This document shows positions 49,965-61,889 of a stretch of 64,000 bases of DNA, piece after piece. Numbering within the stretch: the first letter of the stretch is position 1; each line of letters opens with the position of its first letter. The stretch lies in assembly GCA_030390025.1 (NCBI GenBank), contig JASTWF010000368.1, positions 310,001 through 374,000 of the forward strand, in the 5' to 3' direction. Position numbers and translations under genes: made by a program. The stretch is from Squalus acanthias (Eukaryota). The notes under the pieces are model-generated. The model was given only the letters and a program-made list of their open reading frames with translations. It was not told the DNA's origin and made no database searches.

Positions 49965-52920
49965 ACCTCTCCCCGTGCTGTCACCTCTCCCCGCCCTCTC
50001 TACCCTCTCCCCGCCCTCTCTACCCTCTCCCCGCCCTCTCTACCCTCTCCAACCTCTCCCCGCCCTCTCTACCCTCTCCCCGCCCTCTCTACCCTCTCCC
50101 CGCCCTCTCTAACCTCTCCCCGCCCTCTCTACCCCCTCCCCGCCCCCTCTAACCTCTCCCCGCCCTCTCTACCCTCTCCCCGCCCTTTGTACCCTCTCCC
50201 CGCCCTCTCTAACCTCTCCCCGCCCTCTCTAACCTCTCCTCTCCCTCTCTAACCTCTCCCCGCCCTCTCTAACCTCTCCCCATGCTCTCTAACCTGTCCC
50301 CGTGCTCTCTAACCTCTCCCCTTGGTATCTACCATGTCCCCGGGCTCTCTAACCTCTCCCCGCGCACTCTAACCTGTCCCCGTGCTCTCTAACCTCTCCC
50401 CTTGGTATCTACTGTGTCCCCATGCTCTCTAACCTCTCCCCGCGCTCTCTAACCGCTCCCTGTGCTCTCTAACCTCTCCCCGCTCCTTGTGCTCCCTACC
50501 CTCCCCCCCGCGCGCTCTAACCTCTCCCCGCGCGCTCTAACCTCTCCCCGCGCTCTCTAACCTCTCCTCGCGTGCTCTGTGCTCTCCCCGCGCTCTCTAA
50601 CCTCTCCCCGCGCGCTCTACCCTCTCCCCGCGCGCTCTACCCTCTCCCCGCGCGCTCTACCCTCTCCCCGCACTCTCTAACCTCTCCCCGCGCGCTCTAC
50701 CCTCTCCCCACACTCTCTAACCTCTCCCCGCGCGCTATAACCTCTCCCCGCGATCTCTAACCTCTCCCCGCACGCTCTCTAACCTCTCCCCGCGCTCTCT
50801 AACCTCTCCCCGCGCTCTCTAACCTCTCCTCTCCCTCTCTAACCTCTCCCCGCCCTCTCTAACCTCTCCCCATGCTCTCTAACCTGTCCCCGTGCTCTCT
50901 AACCTCTCCCCTTGGTATCTACCATGTCCCCGGGCTCTCTAACCTCTCCCCGCGCACTCTAACCTGTCCCCGTGCTCTCTAACCTCTCCCCTTGGTATCT
51001 ACTGTGTCCCCATGCTCTCTAACCTCTCCCCGCGCTCTCTAACCGCTCCCTGTGCTCTCTAACCTCTCCCCGCTCCTTGTGCTCCCTACCCTCCCCCCCG
51101 CGCGCTCTAACCTCTCCCCGCGCGCTCTAACCTCTCCCCGCGCTCTCTAACCTCTCCCCGCGTGCTCTGTGCTCTCCCCGCGCACTCTAACCTGTCCCCG
51201 TGCTCTCTAACCTCTCCCCTTGGTATCTACTGTGTCCCCATGCTCTCTAACCTCTCCCCGCGCTCTCTAACCGCTCCCTGTGCTCTCTAACCTCTCCCCG
51301 CTCCTTGTGCTCCCTACCCTCCCCCCCGCGCGCTCTAACCTCTCCCCGCGCGCTCTAACCTCTCCCCGCGCTCTCTAACCTCTCCCCGCGTGCTCTGTGC
51401 TCTCCCCGCGCTCTCTAACCTCTCCCCGCGCGCTCTACCCTCTCCCCGCGCGCTCTACCCTCTCCCCGCGCGCTCTACCCTCTCCCCGCACTCTCTAACC
51501 TCTCCCCGCGCGCTCTACCCTCTCCCCACACTCTCTAACCTCTCCCCGCGCGCTCTAACCTCTCCCCGCGATCTCTAACCTCTCCCCGCACGCTCTCTAA
51601 CCTCTCCCCGCGCTCTCTAACCTCTCCCCGCGCTCTCTAACCTCTCCCCGCGCGCTCTGTGCTCTCCCCGTGTTCTCTAACCTCTCCCCGCATGCTCTAA
51701 CTTCTCCCCGCGCGCTCTACCCTCTCCCCGCGCGCTCTACCCTCTCCCCGCGCGCTCTAACCTCTCCCTGCGCTCTCTAACCTCTCCCCGCGCGCTCTAA
51801 CCTCTCCCCGCGTTCTCTAACCTCTCCCCGCGCGCTCTCTAACCTCTCCCCGCACTCTCTAACCTCTCCCCGCGCTCTCTATCCACTCCCCGCGCTCTCT
51901 AACCTCTCCCCGCGCTCTCTACTCTCTCCCCGCGCGCTCTAATCTCTCCCCGCGCTCTTTACCCTCTCCCCGTGCTCTCTACCCTCTCCCCGCACGCCCT
52001 GTGCTCTCCCCGCGCTCTCTAACCTCTCCCCGCGCTCTCTAACCTCTTCCCGCGCGCTCTAACCTCTCCCCGCGCGCTCTAACCTCTCTCCACGCTCTCT
52101 AACCTCTCCCCGCGCGCTCTAACCTCTCTCCGCGCTCTCTAACCTCTCTCCGCGCTCTCTAACCTCTCTCCGCGCTCTCTAACCTCTCCCCGCGCTCTCT
52201 ACCCTCTCCCCGCGCTCTCTAACCTCTCCCCGCGCTCTCTACCCTCTCCCCGCGCTCTCTAACCTCTCCCCGCGCTCTCTAACCTCTCCCCGCGCTCTCT
52301 AACCTCTCCCCGCACTCTCTAACCTCTCCCCGCGCTCTTAAACCGCTCCCCGCGCTCTCTAACCTCTCCCCGCGCTCTCTAACCTCTCCCCGTGCTCTCT
52401 GTGCTCTCCCCGCGCTCTCTACCCTCTCCCCGCGCACTCTACCCTCTCCCCGCGCTCTCTAACCTCTCCCCGCGCGCTCTAACCTCTCCCCGCGCTCTCT
52501 AACCTCTCCCCGCGCTCTCTGTGCTCTCCCCGCGCTCTCTAACCTCTCCCCGCGCGCTCTAACCTCTCCCCGCGCTCTCTAACCTCTCCCCGCGCTCTCT
52601 GTGCTCTCCCCGCGCTCTCTAACCTCTCCCCGCGCACTCTACCCTCTCCCCGCGCTCTCTAACCTCTCCCCGCGCGCTCTAACCTCTCCCCGCGCTCTCT
52701 AACCTCTCCCCGCGCTCTCTGTGCTCTCCCCGCGCTCTCTAACCTCTCCCCGCGCGCTCTAACCTCTCCCCGCGCTCTCTAACCTCTCCCCGCGCTCTCT
52801 GTGCTCTCCCCGCGCTCTCTAACCTCTCCCCGCGCTCTCTAACCTCTCTCCGCGTGCTCTAACCTCTCTCCGCGTGCTCTAACCTCTCCCCGCGCACTCT
52901 GTGCTCTCCCCGCGCTCTCC
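49965..52920. repeat. 20-bp C-rich repeat (CTCTAACCTCTCCCCGCGCT) with nested 590-bp and 228-bp duplications
   Basis: Direct periodicity; variant blocks repeat at 50281/50871 and 50953/51181. Confidence 0.94.
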
Positions 52921-52966
52921 ACACTCCCCCGTGCTTCTCTCTCAGGCTGTTCTCTCGCTCCCACAG

Positions 52967-53115
52967 GTTGATGTCTACATCATGACCCAGCCTCCATTGG
53001 GGAAGTGGATCCAGTGCGGGACAGAAACAACCAACAGCAGTGGCAGGATCTCCAGCTCCCTCCCCCAGGACAAGCGGCTTCCCCTGGGGATGTACCCTGT
53101 CCGCATGTTCGTCAG
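52967..53115 (+). CDS. PITPNM1: PITPNM1 internal exon, 149 nt: VDVYIMTQPPLGKWIQCGTETTNSSGRISSSLPQDKRLPLGMYPVRMFV(R)
   Basis: Acceptor CCCACAG, donor CAG|GTACGG, phase 0/2; continues the frame of the previous exon. Confidence 0.9.
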
Positions 53116-53134
53116 GTACGGCACGTGGGATGTG

Positions 53135-54350
53135 GAGAGACTTAAGAGAAGCTGGGATTGTTCTCCTTAGAGCAGAGAAGGTTAAGGAGGAGATTGACCA
53201 GAATGGTACCAGGGGATGAGGGACTACAGTTACGTGGAGAGACTGGAGAAGCTGGGGTTGTTCTCCTTAGAGCAGAGAAGGTTAAGAGGAGAGTTAATAA
53301 AAGTGTTCAAAATTACAAAGGGTTCTGTTAGGGTAAATAAGGAGAAACTGTTTCCAGTGGCAGGAGGGTCGGTAACCAGAGGACAACAGATTTAAGATAA
53401 TCGGCAAAAGAACCAGAGGGGGAGATGAGGAGAAATGTTTTTACGCAGCGAGTTGTTGTGATCTGGAACGCGCTGCCTGAAAGGGCGGTGGAAGCAGATT
53501 CAATAGGAACTTTCAAAAGGGGAATTGGAGAAATACTTGCAGAGCTGTGAGGAAAGAGAGGGGGGAAGAGTGGGACTAATTGGACAGTTCTTTCAAAGAG
53601 CCAGCACAGGCACGGTGGGCCGATCGGCCTCCTTCTATGCTGTATGATTCTATGATGCTTCAGTTTTACCGAGCCTTGGTCAGACCCCATCTGGAGTATT
53701 GCGTCCAGTTCTGGTCACCACACTTTAGGAAGGATGTGAAGGCCCTTGAGAGGGTGCAGAGGAGATTTACCAGAATGATTCCGGGGATGGGGATCTTAGC
53801 TACAAGGACAGGTTGGAGAAGCTGGATTTGTTTTCATTAGAGCAAAGGAGGTTGAGGGGTGATTTGATGGAGGTGTACAAGATTATGACGGGTTTGGGTA
53901 GGCTCGACGGGGAAAGGCTGTTCCACTAGTTGATGTTACAAGGACTAAGGGACACAGATTGAAGGTTTTGGGCAAGAGATACAGGGGGGACGTGAGGAAA
54001 AACTTTTTTACGCAGCGAGTGGCGAGGACCTGGAACTCGCTGCCGACAGAAATGGTGGAAGCGGAGACACTCAGTGTTTTCAAGGGGAGACTGGATAGGC
54101 ACTTGAGGGAAATCAACTTGCAGGGCTACGGGGATAGAGAATGGGATGACTGGATTGCTCGACAGAGAGCCGGCACGGACTCGATGGGCCGAATGGCCTC
54201 CTTCTGTGCCGTTATGACTCTATAGAGAGAAACTATTTCCTCTGGTGGGGGGAGTCCAGCACAAGGGGGCAAACCTTAAAATTAGAGCCAGGCCGTTCAG
54301 GGGTGATGTCAGGAAGCACTTCTTCACAGAAAGGGTAGTGGAAATCTGGC
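53135..54350 (+). mobile_element. Cluster of about three CR1 3' fragments in an intron
   Basis: RALVRPHLEYCVQFWSP and FFTQRV..WNSLP; tails ATGATTCTATGA (~53655) and ATGACTCTAT (~54222). Confidence 0.88.
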
Positions 54351-54414
54351 TGATTTCCTCATCTCTCTAACCCAGGGGTTACAGTGTACACTGTACAGTG
54401 ATCAGGAGCAGGAA

Positions 54415-57380
54415 ATGTGTAAATGTACAGAGTCAGTGTTTATTCAGGGTGAGGGTCACTCGCTGTGTAACTGTACAGAGTCGCTGTTTATTCAGGGTGA
54501 GGGTCACTCACTGTGTAACTGTACAGAGTCACTGTTTATTCAGGGTAAGGGTCACTCACTGTGTAACTGTACAGAGTCACTGTTTATTCAGGGTGAGGGT
54601 CACTCGCTGTGTAACTGTACAGAGTCACTGTTTATTCAGGGTAAGGGTCACTCGCTGTGTAACTGTACAGAGTCACTGTTTATTCAGGGTAAGGGTCACT
54701 CGCTGTGTAACTGTACAGAGTCACTGTTTATTCAGGGTAAGGGTCACTCGCTGTGTAACTGTACAGAGTCACTGTTTATTCAGGGTAAGGGTCACTCACT
54801 GTGTAACTGTACAGAGTCACTGTTTATTCAGGGTAAGGGTTACTCGCTGTGTAACTGTACAGAGTCACTGTTTATTCAGGGTAAGGGTTACTCGCTGTGT
54901 AACTGTACAGAGTCACTGTTTATTCAGGGTAAGAGTCACTCGCTGTGTAACTGTACAGAGTCACTGTTTATTCAGGGTAAGAGTCACTCGCTGTGTAACT
55001 GTACAGAGTCGCTGTTTATTCAGGGTAAGGGTCACTCGCTGTGTAACTGTACAGAGTCACTGTTTATTCAGGGTAAGAGTCACTCGCTGTGTAACTGTAC
55101 AGAGTCACTGTTTATTCAGGGTAAGGGTCACTCACTGTGTAACTGTACAGAGTCACTGTTTATTCAGGGTAAGGGTCACTCGCTGTGTAACTGTACAGAG
55201 TCACTGTTTATTCAGGGTAAGGGTCACTCGCTGTGTAACTGTACAGAGTCACTGTTTATTCAGGGTAAGGGTCACTCGCTGTGTAACTGTACAGAGTCAC
55301 TGTTTATTCAGGGTAAGGGTCACTCACTGTGTAACTGTACAGAGTCACTGTTTATTCAGGGTAAGGGTTACTCGCTGTGTAACTGTACAGAGTCACTGTT
55401 TATTCAGGGTAAGAGTCACTCGCTGTGTAACTGTACAGAGTCACTGTTTATTCAGGGTAAGAGTCACTCGCTGTGTAACTGTACAGAGTCGCTGTTTATT
55501 CAGGGTAAGGGTCACTCGCTGTGTAACTGTACAGAGTCACTGTTTATTCAGGGTAAGAGTCACTCGCTGTGTAACTGTACAGAGTCACTGTTTATTCAGG
55601 GTAAGGGTCACTCACTGTGTAACTGTACAGAGTCACTGTTTATTCAGGGTAAGGGTCACTCACTGTGTAACTGTACAGAGTCACTGTTTATTCAGGGTAA
55701 GGGTCACTCACTGTGTAACTGTACAGAGTCACTGTTTATTCAGGGTAAGGGTCACTCACTGTGTAACTGTACAGAGTCACTGTTTATTCAGGGTAAGGGT
55801 CACTCACTGTGTAACTGTACAGAGTCACTGTTTATTCAGGGTAAGGGTCACTCGCTGTGTAACTGTACAGAGTCACTGTTTATTCAGGGTAAGGGTCACT
55901 CACTGTAACTGTACAGAGTCACTGTTTATTCAGGGTAAGGGTCACTCACTGTGTAACTGTACAGAGTCACTGTTTATTCAGGGTAAGGGTCACTCGCTGT
56001 GTAACTGTACAGAGTCACTGTTTATTCAGGGTAAGGGTCACTCACTGTAACTGTACAGAGTCACTGTTTATTCAGGGTAAGGGTCACTCACTGTGTAACT
56101 GTACAGAGTCACTGTTTATTCAGGGTAAGAGTCACTCGCTGTGTAACTGTACAGAGTCACTGTTTATTCAGGGTAAGAGTCACTCGCTGTGTAACTGTAC
56201 AGAGTCGCTGTTTATTCAGGGTGAGGGTCACTCACTGTGTAACTGTACAGAGTCACTGTTTATTCAGGGTGAGGGTCACTCACTGTGTAACTGTACAGAG
56301 TCACTGTTTATTCAGGGTAAGGGTTACTCGCTGTGTAACTGTACAGAGTCACTGTTTATTCAGGGTGAGAGTCACTCGCTGTGTAACTGTACAGAGTCAC
56401 TGTTTATTCAGGGTAAGAGTCACTCACTGTGTAACTGTACAGAGTCACTGTTTATTCAGGGTAAGGGTCACTCACTGTGTAACTGTACAGAGTCACTGTT
56501 TATTCAGGGTGAGAGTCACTCGCTGTGTAACTGTACAGAGTCACTGTTTATTCAGGGTAAGAGTCACTCGCTGTGTAACTGTACAGAGTCACTGTTTATT
56601 CAGGGTGAGAGTCACTCGCTGTGTAACTGTACAGAGTCACTGTTTATTCAGAGTGAGGGTCACTCACTGTAACTGTACAGAGTCACTGTTTATTCAGGGT
56701 AAGGGTCACTCACTGTAACTGTACAGAGTCACTGTTTATTCAGGGTAAGGGTCACTCACTGTGTAACTGTACAGAGTCACTGTTTATTCAGGGTAAGGGT
56801 CACTCGCTGTGTAACTGTACAGAGTCACTGTTTATTCAGGGTAAGAGTCACTCACTGTGTAACTGTACAGAGTCACTGTTTATTCAGGGTAAGGGTCACT
56901 CACTGTGTAACTGTACAGAGTCACTGTTTATTCAGGGTAAGGGTCACTCGCTGTGTAACTGTACAGAGTCGCTGTTTATTCAGGGTGAGGGTCACTCACT
57001 GTGTAACTGTACAGAGTCACTGTTTATTCAGGGTGAGGGTCACTCGCTGTGTAACTGTACAGAGTCACTGTTTATTCAGGGTAAGGGTCACTCACTGTGT
57101 AACTGTACAGAGTCACTGTTTATTCAGGGTAAGGGTCACTCGCTGTGTAACTGTACAGAGTCACTGTTTATTCAGGGTAAGAGTCACTCACTGTGTAACT
57201 GTACAGAGTCACTGTTTATTCAGGGTAAGGGTCACTCACTGTAACTGTACAGAGTCACTGTTTATTCAGGGTAAGGGTCACTCACTGTAACTGTACAGAG
57301 TCACTGTTTATTCAGGGTAAGGGTCACTCACTGTGTAACTGTACAGAGTCGCTGTTTATTCAGGGTGAGGGTCACTCGCT
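54415..57380. repeat. 48-bp satellite, ~62 units, inverted relative to 6745-16227
   Basis: Units TGTGTAACTGTACAGAGTCACTGTTTATTCAGGGTAAGGGTCACTCGC. Confidence 0.97.
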
Positions 57381-57417
57381 GGCCTGTTGACAGTTTTCTT
57401 GACCTCTGACCTCACAG

Positions 57418-57567
57418 GGGTGACCACACGTATGCGGAGTGCTACCTCTCGGTGTTGCCCAAGGGCACGGAATGCGTGGTCTTCAGTATCGATGGCTCTT
57501 TCGCCGCCAGCGTCTCCATTATGGGCAGCGACCCCAAAGTTCGGGCGGGAGCTGTGGATGTGGTGAG
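57418..57567 (+). CDS. PITPNM1: PITPNM1 internal exon, 150 nt, start of the LNS2 domain: GDHTYAECYLSVLPKGTECVVFSIDGSFAASVSIMGSDPKVRAGAVDVV(R)
   Basis: Acceptor CTCACAG, donor GAG|GTACAT, phase 2/2; diagnostic VVFSIDGSF..SVSIMGSDPKVRAGAVDVVR. Confidence 0.94.
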
Positions 57568-57639
57568 GTACATCTTCGACCTTTACTCTCCCCCGCCCCT
57601 CCCCCATCGCGGGTCCACAACACTCCCAGACACAGGAGG

Positions 57640-58014
57640 GTGAGGAGAGAGACAAAGAGAGAAACAGGAGAGAGAGAGGGAGACAGAGAGAGAGAGAGAG
57701 AGACAGACAGAGAGAGAAACAGGAGAGAGAGAGAGACAGAGAGAGAGAAACAGGAGAGAGAGACAGAGAGACAGAGAGAGAGAGAGAGACAGACAGAGAG
57801 AGAGAGAGAGACAGAGAGAGAGAAACAGGAGAGAGAGAGAGAGAGACAGAGACAGAGAGAGACAGAAACAGGAGAGAGAGAGAGAGAAACAGGAGAGAGA
57901 GAGAGACAAAGAGAGAGAGAGACAAAGAGAGAGAGAGAGACAGAAACAGGAGAGAGACAGACAGAGAGAGACAGAGAGAGAGAGACAGACAGAGAGAGAC
58001 AGACAGAGAGAGAC

Positions 58015-58047
<33 letters not shown>

Positions 58048-58165
58048 CAGCAAGAGACAGAGAGAGAGAAAAAGACAGGTAGAGAGAAAGAGGGAGACAG
58101 ACAAAGAGAGACAGATAAAGAGAGAAAAAAGAAAGAGAAAGAAAGCAGGAAAGAGAGAGCGAATG
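57640..58165. repeat. (GA)n/(GACA)n purine-rich compound microsatellite
   Basis: Read directly. Confidence 0.95.
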
Positions 58166-58217
58166 AATATATATGAATTAAAATGGAATGAATGATTGAA
58201 AATAAATTGAAATAAAA

Positions 58218-58427
58218 GAACTCCCATTTCCACAGCACCTTTAACGACCTCAGGAACGTCCCAAAGGGCTTCACAGCCAATGAAGCACTTTTTGGAAGTG
58301 TATTCACTGTTGTAATGTAGAAAACACGGCAGCCAATTAGCGCACAGCAAGCTCCCACAAACAGCAATGTGATAATGACCAGATCATCTGTCCTTGAGAT
58401 GTTGATTTTGGGATAAATATTGGCCCC
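58218..58427 (-). mobile_element. Deu-domain-like SINE 3' fragment
   Basis: The reverse complement is similar to 27320-27505. Confidence 0.75.
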
Positions 58428-59935
58428 CACTTTATACCCAGTGTCAGCATCGAGCGCTCCCAGGGGCAGGTGCAGCACGGGTTAGATACAGTGTAGAGCT
58501 CCCTCTACATTACCCTGACAGTGTGACCCCCACTTTATACCCAGTGTCAGCATCGAGGGCTCCCGGGGCAGGTACAGCACGGGTTAGATACAGTGTAGAG
58601 CTCCCTCTACATTACCCTGACAGTGTGTCCCCACTTTATACCCAGTGTCAGCATCGAGCGCTCCCAGGGCAGGTACAGCACGGGTTAGATACAGTGTAGA
58701 GCTCCCTCTACATTACCCTGACAGTGTCCCCCCACTTTATACCCAGTGTCAGCATCGAGCGCTCCCAGGGCAGCTGCAGCACGGGTTAGATACAGTGTAG
58801 AGCTCCCTCTACATTACCCTGACAGTGTGTCCCCCCACTTTATACCTAGTGTCAGCATCGAGCGCTCCCAGGGCAGGTACAGCACGGGTTAGATACAGTG
58901 TAGAGCTCCCTCTACATTACCCTGACAGTGTGTCCCCCACTTTATACCCAGTGTCAGCATCGAGCGCTCCCATGGCAGGTACAGCACGGGTTAGATACAG
59001 TGTAGTGCTCCCTCTACATTACCCTGACAGTGTGTTCCCCACTTTATACCCAGTGTCAGCATCGAGCGCTCCCAGGGCAGGTACAGCACGGGTTAGATAC
59101 AGTGTAGAGCTCCCTCTACATTACCCTGACAGTGTGTCCCCCACTTTATACCCAGTGTCAGCATTGAGCGCTCCCAGGGCAGGTACAGCATGGGTTAGAT
59201 ACAGTGTAGTGCTCCCTCTACATTACCCTGACAGTGTGTCCCCACTTTATACCCAGTGTCAGCATCGAGCGCTCCCAGGGCAGGTGCAGCACGGGTTAGA
59301 TACAGTGTAGAGCTCCCTCTACATTACCCTGACAGTGTGTCCCCCACTTTATACCCAGTGTCAGCATCGAGCTCTCCCAGGGGCAGGTACAGCACGGGTT
59401 AGATACAGTGTAGAGCTCCCTCTACATTACCCTGACAGTGTGTCCCCACTTTATACCCAGTGTCAGCATCGAGCGCTCCCAGGGCAGCTGCAGCACGGGT
59501 TAGATACAGTGTAGAGCTCCCTCTACATTACCCTGACAGTGTGTCCCCCACTTTATACCCAGTGTCAGCATCGAGCGCTCCCAGGACAGGTACAGCACGG
59601 GTCAGATACAGTGTAGAGCTCCCTCTACATTATCCTGACAGTGTGTCCCCCACTTTATACCCAGTGTCAGCATCGAGCACTCCCAGGGCAGGTACAGCAT
59701 GGGTTAGATACAGTGTAGAGCTCCCTCTACATTACCCTGACAGTGTGTCCCCCACTTTATACCCAGTGTCAGCATCGAGCGCTCCCAGGGGCAGGTACAG
59801 CACAGGTTAGATACAGTGTAGAGCTCCCTCTACATTACCCTGACAGTGTGTCCCCCACTTTATACCCAGTGTCAGCATCGAGCGCTCCCAGGGCAGGTAC
59901 AGCACGGGTCAGATACAGTGTAGAGCTCCCTCGAC
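58425..59935. repeat. 102-bp tandem repeat, ~15 units
   Basis: Same unit as 16553-18060, opposite orientation, more diverged. Confidence 0.96.
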
Positions 59936-59975
59936 ACTGCCCCGTTCTCACTCCGGGCCTGTTTCCCCACTCTAG

Positions 59976-60159
59976 GCACTGGCAGGACCGTGGGTACCTG
60001 ATTATCTATGTGACCGGACGCCCGGATATGCAGAAGCAGAAGGTTGTGGCCTGGTTGTCGCAGCACAACTTCCCTCACGGAATCGTGTCTTTCTGCGACG
60101 GACTCGTGCATGACCCGCTGCGGCAGAAGACGGCCTTCCTTCAGAGTCTGGTCCAGGAG
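59976..60159 (+). CDS. PITPNM1: PITPNM1 internal exon, 184 nt (LNS2): HWQDRGYLIIYVTGRPDMQKQKVVAWLSQHNFPHGIVSFCDGLVHDPLRQKTAFLQSLVQE
   Basis: Acceptor CTCTAG, donor GAG|GTAAGC, phase 2/0; DPLRQK..FLQSLVQE resembles PITPNM1 more than PITPNM2 (from recall). Confidence 0.94.
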
Positions 60160-60354
60160 GTAAGCAGGAAAGGCCCGTGCTCCATCCCCGGCCTGTACTG
60201 TGAGAGCCGAGGGGGTTTTTACTGGGGCTCTGCTGGACCCTGTACCCCCCAGCGGGCGGTGGGGGGGGTGAGTGTCTCTCGGGTGGGAAGGGGTGCAAGG
60301 ATCGGGTGGTAATATGTCCATTAACCTGTGTCCCTGCCTCCTCTTCTTGCGCAG

Positions 60355-60483
60355 GCTGAGATGAAGATTGAAGCCGCCTACGGCTCGACGAAGGATATCT
60401 CGGTGTACGGGCTCCTCCGGATCCCGGCCCAGCACATCTACATCGTCGGGCGGCCGTCAAAGAAATGGATCAACCAGTGTCAG
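60355..60483 (+). CDS. PITPNM1: PITPNM1 penultimate exon, 129 nt: [43 protein letters not shown]
   Basis: Polypyrimidine tract plus GCAG acceptor, donor CAG|GTATTC, phase 0/0; AAYGS.KD and YIVGR motifs. Confidence 0.92.
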
Positions 60484-60509
60484 GTATTCCGAGCCTGGGG
60501 AGTTTGAGA

Positions 60510-61530
60510 GCACGTGTGTGTGTGAGGGGGGAGTATGTGTGAGGGGGGAGTATGTGTGTGTGTGTGAGGGGGGAGTGTGTGTGTGTGTGTGAGGGGGGTG
60601 TGTGTGAGAGTGTGTGTGAGGGGGGAGTGAGTGTGTGTGGGGGGAGTGAGTGTGTGGGGGTGAGGTGAGTGTGAGAGTGTGGGGGTGAGTGTGTGTGAGG
60701 GAGTGTGAGAGTGAGTGTGGGGGTGAGGGTGTGGGTGAGTGTGTGTGTGTGAGGGGGAAGTATGTGAGAGTGTGTGTGAGGGTGAGGGAGTGAGAGAGTG
60801 AGTGTGGGGGTGAGGGTGTGTTGGTATGTGTGTGTGAGGGAGTGTGAGAGTGTGTGTGGGGGTGAGGGTGTGTGTGAGGGAGTGTGAGAGTGAGTGTGGG
60901 GGTGAGGGTGTGTGTGAGGGAGTGTGAGAGTGAGTGTGGGGGTGAGGGTGTGGGTGAGTGTGTGTGTGTGAGGGGGAAGTATGTGTGAGTGTGTGTGAGG
61001 GTGAGGGAGTGAGAGGGTGAGGGTGTGGGTAAGTGTGTGTTGGTATGTGTGTGTGTGAGAGGGGAGTATGTGAGTGTGTGTGAGGGGGGAGTATGTGAGT
61101 GTGTGTGAGGGAGTGTGAGAGTGAGTGTGTGTTGGTATGTGTGTGTGTGAGGGGGGAGTATGTGAGTGTGTGTGAGGGAGTGTGAGAGTGAGTGTGTGTT
61201 GGTATGTGTGTGTGTGAGGGGGGAGTATGTGAGTGTGTGTGAGGGAGTGTGAGAGTGAGTGTGTGTTGGTATGTGTGTGTGTGAGGGGGGAGTATGTGAG
61301 TGTGTGTGAGGGAGTGTGAGAGTGAGTGTGTGTTGGTATGTGTGTGTGTGAGGGGGGAGTATGTGAGTGTGTGTGAGGGAGTGTGAGAGTGAGTGTGTGT
61401 TGGTATGTGTGTGTGTGAGGGGGGAGTATGTGAGTGTGTGTGAGGGAGTGTGAGAGTGAGTGTGTGTTGGTATGTGTGTGTGTGAGGGGGGAGTATGTGA
61501 GTGTGTGCGAGTGCGTGTGTGTGCGAGTGT
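60510..61530. repeat. GT/GA-rich low-complexity tract with a 67-bp higher-order unit (~61075-61510)
   Basis: TGAGGGGGGAGTATG at 61081, 61148, 61215 and onward. Confidence 0.92.
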
Positions 61531-61595
61531 GAGTAAATCTTTGTGATTCGATGCCAGTTGTCACCTAACTCCGACGTATCCTTGTCTCTCGGCAG

Positions 61596-61889
61596 TTCCT
61601 GACCGAGGGCTACGTGACACATCTGGCACAGCTGGAGGGCCGGAGAACCATCGCTGCCACGCCGACCAACGCCCGCGTGGCCCTGGCCAAGGGGAGCTTC
61701 GGGGGCACGGGGCGGGGACACTTCCCGCGCCAGCCGACCCTTCTGCCGCACGCCTCGGCCTCCGGCCCCCGCGGGTCCGGCCCCTCCCCACCCAGCCGCT
61801 GCCGCTCGGAGCGCGGGGGCTCGGGCAGGGTCAGCGAGCGAGGTCACAAGCCGCGGAGCGTCAGCCTGAGGTTCGACAATGACCCGTGA
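61596..61889 (+). CDS. PITPNM1: PITPNM1 last coding exon: [14 protein letters not shown]...[13 protein letters not shown]
   Basis: Acceptor TCTCTCGGCAG; stop TGA at 61887-61889; the C-terminus RSVSLRFD resembles the PITPNM1 ending (RSISLKLD, from recall). Confidence 0.88.
   Translation, partial: FLTEGYVTHLAQLEGRRTIAATPTNARVALAKGSFGGTGRGHFPRQPTLLPHASASGPRGSGPSPPSRCRSERGGSGRVSERGHKPRSVSLRFDNDP

Noticed and set aside
49965..52920. Telomere-like repeat (CTAACC)
   Set aside because: No tandem CCCTAA; the hexamer is part of a 20-bp unit.
48562..61889. Assignment to PITPNM2 or PITPNM3
   Set aside because: HRASD, VDVYIMTQP..GKWI, FLQSLVQE and the RSVSL ending fit my recollection of PITPNM1 better; a phylogeny is needed to be certain.
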